From Chthoniobacterales bacterium (GTDB lineage: Bacteria; Verrucomicrobiota; Verrucomicrobiia; Chthoniobacterales; JAFAMB01), in assembly GCA_035601575.1 (NCBI GenBank), contig DATNNZ010000462.1, forward strand, positions 1,849 to 65,848: 64,000 nucleotides of DNA. Reading direction: 5' to 3'. Of the stretch, positions 1 to 6,917 are shown in pieces. Below the pieces are notes generated by a model, which was not told where the DNA came from, did no database searches, and was given only the letters and a program-made list of their open reading frames with translations. Each line of letters starts with the position of its first letter. Position 1 is the stretch's first letter. Both the position numbers and the translations under genes were made by a program.

Positions 1-629
1 CGTTTCTTATTCAAGGATTGCTTGATTTGTACGAGGCGGATTTTGATTATCAATGGCTCCAGTGGGCAATTGAACTTCAGAGCGAATTCGACCAAAGGTT
101 CGCCGATCCGGCCGGCGGCTACTTTAACACGGAAGGAAGTGCAGCGGATATTCTCTTTCGTTTAAAAGATGATCACGACGGCGCCGAGCCGTCCGCCAAT
201 TCGGTGGCAGCAATGAATCTAATCCGGCTAAGTCGCATTTTAGGTCGGTCAGACTTCGAATCGAATGCCAGAAAGGTGATTAGTAGCTTTCAGGAAATGC
301 TCGGACATCATCCGTCGGCTATGCCCCAAATGTTAAGCGCGGCAGATGCTCTGTTAGCCGATCCGCTCCAGATTGTGGTTGCGACGCGCACCCCGATAGA
401 CGATCCGCTGTTACGGATCGCTCAAGTCGCCTATCAACCACGTCGTATATTGTTACTAGCTGGGGAAAAGGGGCTTGCTCAACAAGTCCCGGAGTTGCGG
501 GGGATGGATCTGATTGACGGGCGCTCTGCTGCCTACGTTTGTCGCAACTTTGCTTGTGAATTGCCAATCACTGATCCGGAGGCGTTGGCGACGAAGCTGG
601 GTGGGATCAGCCGTGCCGATAGTCGATGA
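1..629 (+). CDS. Thioredoxin-domain protein of the YyaL/DUF255 type, C-terminal part (5' end lies outside the window)
   Basis: Frame open from window edge (FLIQGLLDLYEADFDYQWLQWA..); tail ..AAYVCRNFACELPITDPEAL typical of this family; TGA 627-629. Confidence 0.6.
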   Translation, partial: FLIQGLLDLYEADFDYQWLQWAIELQSEFDQRFADPAGGYFNTEGSAADILFRLKDDHDGAEPSANSVAAMNLIRLSRILGRSDFESNARKVISSFQEMLGHHPSAMPQMLSAADALLADPLQIVVATRTPIDDPLLRIAQVAYQPRRILLLAGEKGLAQQVPELRGMDLIDGRSAAYVCRNFACELPITDPEALATKLGGISRADSR

Positions 630-656
630 ATCTATTAAGAGGCTCGGCATTCTACG

Positions 657-934
657 TGGCGCAGTTCGGCCCGAAGCGCCTTGCAAGCTTAGCCCAGGTT
701 TTAACCTGGGTGGCCGTGTTTTATCGTCCGCCAGGTCTGAAGGACCGGCAGCAGGCGAAGACGTTGATGGTATCGTAAATGGGGGATTATCGGTGCATAA
801 CCCTAATCCCAGCTTTTGCAGGCGAAGGCTTCGTGTTTCTTACCGGTCCTTCAGACCGAGCGCCTTATTAAACGGGCAACCCGGGTTAAAACCTGGGCTA
901 AGCTTCCAAGGCCCTTTCGGGCCGAAACGCGCCG
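657..934. repeat. MITE/REP-like palindromic element: two inverted ~81-nt copies (668..748 and 843..923) around a 94-nt core
   Basis: Arms are ~80-85% reverse complements by eye; each carries GGCCCGAAGSGCC and CCCAGGTTTTAACCYGGG hairpins; T7 run at 949..955 follows; third copy at 49224..49305. Confidence 0.75.
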
Positions 935-1051
935 TCACGCGCCGACTGTTTTTTTGGAAGCCCCATTATCCATGACTTTCGGATCCTGACCTCGGATCCC
1001 GTCTTTGGGCGTTATAGAATAGCGCCAATCTGGTAGAGTAACGGCACCAAT

Positions 1052-1468
1052 ATGGAAGCACCAAGCCTTGAGACCTCCGTTCGCGTCATGTTCTTCGATA
1101 CTGATGCCGGGGGGGTGGTCCATAACATTGCTTACCTACGGTTCATAGAAATTAATCGATCCCTGTTAGCCGAGAAGCTTGGCTGGGAAATGGGTGAACG
1201 ATTACTTCAAGGCGATTGCCCGGTTGTCATCCGCACAGAAATCGATTATCGCCGGCCAGCGCGTCTTTGGGACGAGTTGGTTGTCCGTGGCTGGTTGGAC
1301 AAGTTTGAGCGAACTCGGTTCTGGTGCGCTTTCACGATCACCCGTCCCAGTGACGGCCAGGTGCTGATTACCTGCCGTCAGACATTGGTCGTAGTGAAGT
1401 TGCCGGAGATGAAGGTACAAAGATTGCCGGCTTTCTGGAATAGCGCCTGGGAACAGTTGAGGGGGTAG
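1052..1468 (+). CDS. Acyl-CoA thioesterase, 4HBT/YbgC hotdog-fold family
   Basis: 138 aa; VRVMFFDTDAGGVVHNIAYLRFIE.. N-terminal motif typical of YbgC-type thioesterases. Confidence 0.7.
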   Translation: MEAPSLETSVRVMFFDTDAGGVVHNIAYLRFIEINRSLLAEKLGWEMGERLLQGDCPVVIRTEIDYRRPARLWDELVVRGWLDKFERTRFWCAFTITRPSDGQVLITCRQTLVVVKLPEMKVQRLPAFWNSAWEQLRG

Positions 1469-1477
1469 AGGTTCGAG

Positions 1478-1519
1478 ATTGCAGGTTGCAACCGGTAATT
1501 CGCAACTTTCAACTTTTAA
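1478..1519. repeat. Period-7 micro-repeat tract (xxxGCAA type)
   Basis: attgcag|gttgcaa|ccggtaa|ttcgcaa|ctttcaa|cttttaa between convergent genes; contains the stop (1509-1511, minus) of the next gene. Confidence 0.7.
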
Positions 1520-2279
1520 CTCTTAGCAGATGTAAGACCGCGTCGGAAAAGTCCATCGCGCCCTGCAGGAGTTCGGCGCCGAAGGAATAAAAGGTCACAT
1601 CGCGGCTGGCGAGAATGAGCATGAGACTCAATCCGAGGAAGTTCATCAGATAGATCACCATCATCGAGAAAAACGTTCCGTGCTCGACGAGATCAGTTTG
1701 CCCGTTCCAGAGCATCCAAACGGTGAACGTTACGTGAAACATCCAGGTAAAACCAATCAGCCCCAAAAGCCATCGATGGAACGGTGACAGGTCCCAGAAC
1801 ACGCTGATGCCGCCGTAAAAAGCGAGGATAATCAGGCTGTAGATCGGAAAAAAATAGGGGGCGAGCGAGATCCAGAAATTGTTTCTATCGGTGACAATAT
1901 GTCCGCCTTCACTACCCACACGGAAACGAGTGACCCGGCCCCCCATGATCCAGACCCACAGCACATGAGTAAGCTCGTGGCCGAAGACGTACATGAGCAC
2001 TGGCTTCGGTAATCCAAAAAAAGTAATCAGCCAAAGGATTGCCCCAAGCGCAAAAAACCAGAATTCTTCCGAGGCCCAGAAGGCGTGATTAACCGTCGCT
2101 TGGGAAAAACAAGAAAAGAAAGCCCGCGTCAGAATCCAGGCCGGGGGGATCAGAAATACGGCAATCAGCTGCTTGAGCCAACGAACGGGTACAGCAATCT
2201 CTCGATCTAATTCCCCGACCTTTTCGGTCGCCGAACGCGCCGATCGCAGTTTGCGGCGTTTTCGGTTTGTCGTTACCAC
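1509..2279 (-). CDS. Polytopic membrane protein with HExxH motif (putative membrane metallopeptidase)
   Basis: 256 aa, several hydrophobic segments, GHELTHVLW (HExxH) at a TM boundary; GTG start at 2279 uncertain. Confidence 0.5.
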   Translation of the reverse strand: MVTTNRKRRKLRSARSATEKVGELDREIAVPVRWLKQLIAVFLIPPAWILTRAFFSCFSQATVNHAFWASEEFWFFALGAILWLITFFGLPKPVLMYVFGHELTHVLWVWIMGGRVTRFRVGSEGGHIVTDRNNFWISLAPYFFPIYSLIILAFYGGISVFWDLSPFHRWLLGLIGFTWMFHVTFTVWMLWNGQTDLVEHGTFFSMMVIYLMNFLGLSLMLILASRDVTFYSFGAELLQGAMDFSDAVLHLLRVKS

Positions 2280-2280
2280 A

Positions 2281-2386
2281 GCGCGAAAAATTCACAAAAG
2301 GATAGCCAAGCGGCACCCTTTTTGAACAGCTTCATTTGTTCAACACGAAAAACACCGCTTGGCCATCCTTTGTGAATTTTTCGCGC
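2281..2386. repeat. 106-nt near-perfect inverted repeat (33-bp stem, 41-nt loop with an inner hairpin)
   Basis: 2281..2313 GCGCGAAAAATTCACAAAAGGATAGCCAAGCGG pairs with 2355..2386 (one extra A, one mismatch); inner TGAACA..TGTTCA hairpin; starts at the efp stop codon. Confidence 0.85.
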
Positions 2387-2943
2387 TAAGCACGTCCCAT
2401 ATAAGCCCCGGTCCGCGTATCTACGCGAATCAGTTCGCCTTGTTTTATAAATAGCGGGACCTGAACGGTCTTCCCTGTTTCTAGTTTTGCCGTTTTTTGT
2501 ACGTTGGTTGCGCTGTCGCCGCGCAATCCTTCCGGCGCTTCAGAAACCTTAAGCGTCACCGATGAAGGGAGCTCGATTTCGACCGGCCGGCCTTCCGCAT
2601 AGAGGACTTCTACTTTTAGATTCTCAGAAAGATACTCTTGCGCGGCTCCCAACAGTTCCGGCCCTAGCGTTTCGGTCTCGTAATTTTCCGGGTCCATAAA
2701 AACGAAGCCGTCCTGCTCCTTGTAACTGAACTCCAAGGTCCGCCGGGTGACATCAACCAGTTCGACGGTCTCCGTCGAACTGAAGCGCACGTTACTAGAT
2801 TTCCCAGTCCGAATGCTGCGAAGCGTTCCTTGGACGAATGCGCGTAGATTGCCCGGAGTACGGTGTTGCACTTCGAGCACGACGGCGATATCGCCGTTAT
2901 ACCGGATTGCCATTCCTTTGCGAAGATCGTTTGCTGCTGCCAT
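2386..2943 (-). CDS. efp: Elongation factor P family protein (EF-P/EfpL-like)
   Basis: MAAANDLRKGMAIRYNGDIAVV.., ..GDSATNVQKTAKLETGKTVQVPLFIKQGELIRVDTRTGAYMGRA; start set at ATG 2943. Confidence 0.85.
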   Translation of the reverse strand: MAAANDLRKGMAIRYNGDIAVVLEVQHRTPGNLRAFVQGTLRSIRTGKSSNVRFSSTETVELVDVTRRTLEFSYKEQDGFVFMDPENYETETLGPELLGAAQEYLSENLKVEVLYAEGRPVEIELPSSVTLKVSEAPEGLRGDSATNVQKTAKLETGKTVQVPLFIKQGELIRVDTRTGAYMGRA

Positions 2944-2986
2944 AAAGCACGTCCCGTGATTCAAGTGATTGCGGGAGAGGGTACGA

Positions 2987-3982
2987 TTACAGAAGCTTCA
3001 CTTTCGTCAAATCTTGAGAATCAATAATTCCGACCGGCCGGTTTGACTCGTCGACTACGATGAGATCGTCAATCCGATGTTGGTCAAGAATAGTGAGTAC
3101 CTCGACGGCCAATCGGTCGGACCGGATCGTAATCGGATGCTTCACCATATAGCCGCCGACCGCTTCCTGAACCATGGCCGGTCGATCTTCAAATGCCCGC
3201 ACAAAATCACCATGCGTAAAAATTCCGGCTAAAACGCCCGATCGGTCTACTACTACAGCAACCCCAGCGCGACACTGATTCATCGCGTGCAACACCGCCA
3301 ATACCTCCGTATCAGGTGTCACTCTCGGCATGCGGTCACCTCCCCGCATTACGTCGGTGACCCGCTGCAATAACGCGCGGCCGAGTCTGCCGCCCGGATG
3401 AAACTTGGCGAAATCCTCTTTCTGGAAGCCGCGTACCTGCAACAGCACCATGGCCAGTGCGTCGCCCAGGACAAGCATGACGGTCGTACTCGAAGTTGGT
3501 GCGAGATTCAACGGACAAGCCTCTTGCTCGACTGAGCAATCCAGCACAATATCGCTGTGTTTAGCCAAGGTAGAATTCAAATCCCCGGTGAACGCAATGA
3601 TTTGAACGTCAAAGCGTTTCAATGCCGGTAGGATGTTCAGCAATTCAGCGGTTTCTCCGCTATAGCTCATCGCGAGAACACAATCTCCGGTCACGGCGAT
3701 TCCGAGATCGCCATGCAACGCGTTGAGCGGATTTAGCACCACCGCTGGCGACCCAGTGCTGGTTAGAGTCGCCGCGATTTTCTCTCCGATCTGGCCTGAT
3801 TTACCGACACCAAGGACGATGATTTTTCGACCCGCTTCAACGGTTCTGCGCAAAAGCTGAACTGCTTCGGAGAAGCGCTGATCCAGTCGCTTGGCCAGCC
3901 TTTCCAATTCATGGATCTCGACCTGCAAGACATGTCGGGCCTGTTCGAGAACGCTCGTGCTGAGCTTGTCGAGGTCATTCAT
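2987..3982 (-). CDS. kdsD: Arabinose-5-phosphate isomerase (KpsF/GutQ family, SIS + 2 CBS domains)
   Basis: GVGKSGQIGEKIAATLTSTGSPAVVLNPLNALHGDLG SIS motif, C-terminal CBS pair. Confidence 0.85.
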   Translation of the reverse strand: MNDLDKLSTSVLEQARHVLQVEIHELERLAKRLDQRFSEAVQLLRRTVEAGRKIIVLGVGKSGQIGEKIAATLTSTGSPAVVLNPLNALHGDLGIAVTGDCVLAMSYSGETAELLNILPALKRFDVQIIAFTGDLNSTLAKHSDIVLDCSVEQEACPLNLAPTSSTTVMLVLGDALAMVLLQVRGFQKEDFAKFHPGGRLGRALLQRVTDVMRGGDRMPRVTPDTEVLAVLHAMNQCRAGVAVVVDRSGVLAGIFTHGDFVRAFEDRPAMVQEAVGGYMVKHPITIRSDRLAVEVLTILDQHRIDDLIVVDESNRPVGIIDSQDLTKVKLL

Positions 3983-4008
3983 AGCGAGCTTGTCGAGTCA
4001 TTCATAGC
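3962..4008. repeat. 24/23-bp tandem duplication of the kdsD translation start
   Basis: GAGCTTGTCGAGGTCATTCATAGC (3962..3985) followed by GAGCTTGTCGAG-TCATTCATAGC (3986..4008); creates an upstream ATG at 4005 (minus). Confidence 0.85.
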
Positions 4009-4055
4009 GAATTCAAATGTCCTGCGTACGCTGCCACAAATTGCAAGTAGCAAAA

Positions 4056-4098
4056 CTGCTATTTGCTATCTGTCATTTGTCATCGCGCCGAAGGCGCG
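4056..4098. repeat. Period-7 tract (TTTGTCA type) plus GC hairpin
   Basis: ctgctat|ttgctat|ctgtcat|ttgtcat then CGCGCCGAAGGCGCG; ends 3 nt from the stop of the CorA-like gene. Confidence 0.75.
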
Positions 4099-4101
4099 CG
4101 G

Positions 4102-5154
4102 TCAGCGTCGGCGCTGGAAGTGCCAAAAGGTTACCACTACGCCGACCAGCATCAATAAAATCACAATCGGGTAGGTGTCGTGCCATCGATGTATCAGCGA
4201 ACGAGGGGAATGGCCGAAGAAGCTCATCGCGTACAACATCGCGATCGTGATGACCGGGAGGCAAATCGAGGCGACGAGTGCGAGCATTCGAATCGATTCA
4301 CTGGTCCGCGAGCTCAGACTACCTAAGTATAAATTGGAAAGATTGGCCGCCGTTGACGCTTCGGTCTGCAGCCGTTCGATGACTTCCAGCAAACGCGAGT
4401 ATCCGAACCGGAAGAACGGTTTGCTGCGGTCTCCGATTGCTCCGCTCCGGTCTTCGGCCAATTGTCGCCAGGCTTCAGCTTGGGTAAGGCCAATCTGTCG
4501 AAGTGCGGTCACCGTTCTTTGCATGTGGCTGATAAGCGGCAACAATTCCGGACTAGGATCGCGCAGGATATTTTTTTCGAGGCTCTCGCGGCGATCGGTT
4601 AATTGGGCAATCAAAGCACCGTAGGGTTCCAGCGTAGCCTCGAAGATGGAGTAGACCAAATAGTCGCTTCGCAAGAATCGTAACTGATTTTCGTCGTCGC
4701 GAACGCGCTCCCGCAATGTTTGAAAAGGATCAAGCGCGGTATTGGCCAGAAGAGTGACCACAATCTGATTTTGCAGGAAGAGATGGAGGGGCTCAATAAC
4801 CAGTGCTCCGGTGGGCGAAGCGGAAACAATCTGGAGCACAACGGAGAGCTGTTCATCATACGCTTCGACCAGCGGACGTCCAGGATCGGTTTTGAATCTG
4901 GCCAAAACAAGCGGATGGAATCGGAATTGGGAAGCGAAGCGTTCCAAAGTTTCGTCATTCGGCCGTCCCTGTAAATGGAGCCAACGGACACCTCCGCTCA
5001 CTGAGGCGTCGACTGCATTTTCGAGACGATCGATCTGCTTCTCGGTATGCGAATAGGCGTTGTATTCGATGAGATAAACGGCCTTCCCAGGTTCAAGACT
5101 GTGCACGGTTTGAACCAACTGGCCGGCCGGTTCAGTGGAGACCGGGCCGTTCAT
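4102..5154 (-). CDS. CorA-family divalent cation transporter-like protein with non-canonical AMS in place of GMN
   Basis: 350 aa, soluble N-domain plus two C-terminal TM helices and basic tail (..ITIAMLYAMSFFGHS..VVTFWHFQRRR). Confidence 0.65.
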   Translation of the reverse strand: MNGPVSTEPAGQLVQTVHSLEPGKAVYLIEYNAYSHTEKQIDRLENAVDASVSGGVRWLHLQGRPNDETLERFASQFRFHPLVLARFKTDPGRPLVEAYDEQLSVVLQIVSASPTGALVIEPLHLFLQNQIVVTLLANTALDPFQTLRERVRDDENQLRFLRSDYLVYSIFEATLEPYGALIAQLTDRRESLEKNILRDPSPELLPLISHMQRTVTALRQIGLTQAEAWRQLAEDRSGAIGDRSKPFFRFGYSRLLEVIERLQTEASTAANLSNLYLGSLSSRTSESIRMLALVASICLPVITIAMLYAMSFFGHSPRSLIHRWHDTYPIVILLMLVGVVVTFWHFQRRR

Positions 5155-5174
5155 TTCAGCCTGGCGGATCCGAG

Positions 5175-5381
5175 TTAACCACGTCTAGGTCCTCTCCATA
5201 GCGCCGCATCGAGGCAGGCAATGATGTGGCCAAGCCATCCGAGCCAAACCAACCATAAGAACCCGCTAACAACGAAAAGGATGATGGCTGCGATGATGCG
5301 ACCCTGGACCAACTGGCCGAGACCAGGGATAAAAAAACTGCAAATCGCAGCGAGCACGTTTCCGGTGGAACCTTGTCCCAT
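5175..5381 (-). CDS. Small two-TM membrane protein, unknown function
   Basis: ATG 5381 preceded by AAGGAG 7 nt upstream; MGQGSTGNVLAAICSFFIPGLGQLVQGR.. Confidence 0.5.
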   Translation of the reverse strand: MGQGSTGNVLAAICSFFIPGLGQLVQGRIIAAIILFVVSGFLWLVWLGWLGHIIACLDAALWRGPRRG

Positions 5382-5424
5382 AGTTATCTCCTTCCAGAAT
5401 AACAAAGACGATTGCCCCTAAGTT

Positions 5425-6903
5425 TCAATTAGGTTGAAGAATTAAGAATGATCTCTGGCGGTTTCGGGTCAGACCGACAACGACCGGTTTTGCTGGATCA
5501 AGTTGGCTGGTGATTTGAGCAAATGCCTGAGAATTGGGAGTTGGTTGTCGGTTCACCTCCTCAATCACGTCGCCGACGCGCAAATCTTGTCCGTTCGACG
5601 CCTCTGGATCTACCTGTATGACGATGACGCCTTTGACGTACTCAGGAACGTTCGCCTCAGCACGTAACCGTGGATTTAAATCGTTAATCTCGACGCCGGC
5701 AAATACCCGGCCGGAACTCGGGTCGGGACTGTTTCCCGGGTTGCTCTGGGTAGCAAGTTCGGCCGGTTGCTCGGCGACCTGAGCTCTGATCGACATCTTT
5801 TTGCCGTCACGAGAAAGTGCGACCGTAAGAGTCGAACCGATATCCGCGTCCGAAATCTGATTGCCGAGTGAGAGGGTATCCTTGATATCGTGGTTGTTGA
5901 TCTTCTGGATTACATCGCCTCGAATGATTCCCGCTTTTTCTGCCGGAGACCCTCTCGTAACATCGGTAACTAAGGCCCCAGTGTTACCGTCCAATTTGAA
6001 TTGTTCTGCGATTTCTTTTGTCACTGGCTGGACGCTGACGCCAAGGTACCCGCGTATTACCCTTCCTTTTTCGACGAAGTTCTTAATCGCACGCTTTACC
6101 ACGTTGGCGGGGATCGCAAACCCGATACCCTGGTTACCGCCAGATTCGGAATAGATTGCAGTATTAATTCCGACGACCTCTCCTTTGATGTTGACCAAAG
6201 GACCGCCCGAATTGCCCGGGTTGATCGCAGTATCGGTTTGGAAGAATTCCAGCGAGCTTTCGCTGATCGCCCGACGATTTTTCGCGCTAATTATTCCCTG
6301 GCTGACACTCTCCTCTAGCCCGAACGGATTGCCGATCGCAAAAACTACTTGACCCACTTTCACCAAATCGGAATCGGCCAGAGGCAAAGGAGTGAGCTTC
6401 GGCAAATCGATCTTCAGTACCGCTAGATCAAGTTGGCTATCGGTGCCGATCACCTTGGCTTTCGCCTGACGTCCATCGTTCAGTTCCACCACAATGTCGT
6501 CGGTGCCGTTGACGACGTGATTATTCGTCACGATGTGGCCTTCCTGCGAGACAATCACGCCAGAGCCAAGAGAGGTGACTTGTTGCTCGGTCGGATTCCG
6601 ACGCTGAGAACGACCGCCAAAGAAATATTCCAAAGGATCCGACCATTGCCGCTGCACCACCGTTTTCATCGTGGTGATGCTGACCACGCTGGGCACTACG
6701 GTATCAGCAAGACGCGTGTATTCTTCGTTGAGGCGTTCTAGCAGGGGGACCGATCCAAGCTCGATCTTTGGTTGACCGGCCGGCGTAAATTTTTCAGTCT
6801 TTACGTCGACAGCGCCGAACTGTCTGGCCTGCCAGACGTAAATCAACGAAATGACCAGCGCCAGCAGGAGCACAAAGACGAGAAACTTGAGAAAGCTCTT
6901 CAT
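5425..6903 (-). CDS. htrA: Periplasmic serine endoprotease, HtrA/DegP/DegQ family
   Basis: N-terminal anchor, TNNHVV / D / GNSGGPL catalytic motifs, two PDZ-like C-terminal regions. Confidence 0.9.
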   Translation of the reverse strand: MKSFLKFLVFVLLLALVISLIYVWQARQFGAVDVKTEKFTPAGQPKIELGSVPLLERLNEEYTRLADTVVPSVVSITTMKTVVQRQWSDPLEYFFGGRSQRRNPTEQQVTSLGSGVIVSQEGHIVTNNHVVNGTDDIVVELNDGRQAKAKVIGTDSQLDLAVLKIDLPKLTPLPLADSDLVKVGQVVFAIGNPFGLEESVSQGIISAKNRRAISESSLEFFQTDTAINPGNSGGPLVNIKGEVVGINTAIYSESGGNQGIGFAIPANVVKRAIKNFVEKGRVIRGYLGVSVQPVTKEIAEQFKLDGNTGALVTDVTRGSPAEKAGIIRGDVIQKINNHDIKDTLSLGNQISDADIGSTLTVALSRDGKKMSIRAQVAEQPAELATQSNPGNSPDPSSGRVFAGVEINDLNPRLRAEANVPEYVKGVIVIQVDPEASNGQDLRVGDVIEEVNRQPTPNSQAFAQITSQLDPAKPVVVGLTRNRQRSFLILQPN

Positions 6904-6917
6904 GTTACGGCTGCACC

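Noticed and set aside
657-934. 6S RNA, riboswitch or another single-copy structured RNA
   Set aside because: The arms are two copies of a sequence that recurs at 49224..49305, and the pairing is repeat-like rather than bulged like 6S. I could not match any Rfam family from memory. It remains untested without cmscan.
514-975. 153-aa ORF (and antisense ORFs 319..567, 456..686) across the 657..934 palindromic element
   Set aside because: It is a translation of the inverted repeat. The same peptide flavour appears over the third repeat copy (ORF 49193..49687). It has no start context and overlaps the end of the real upstream gene.
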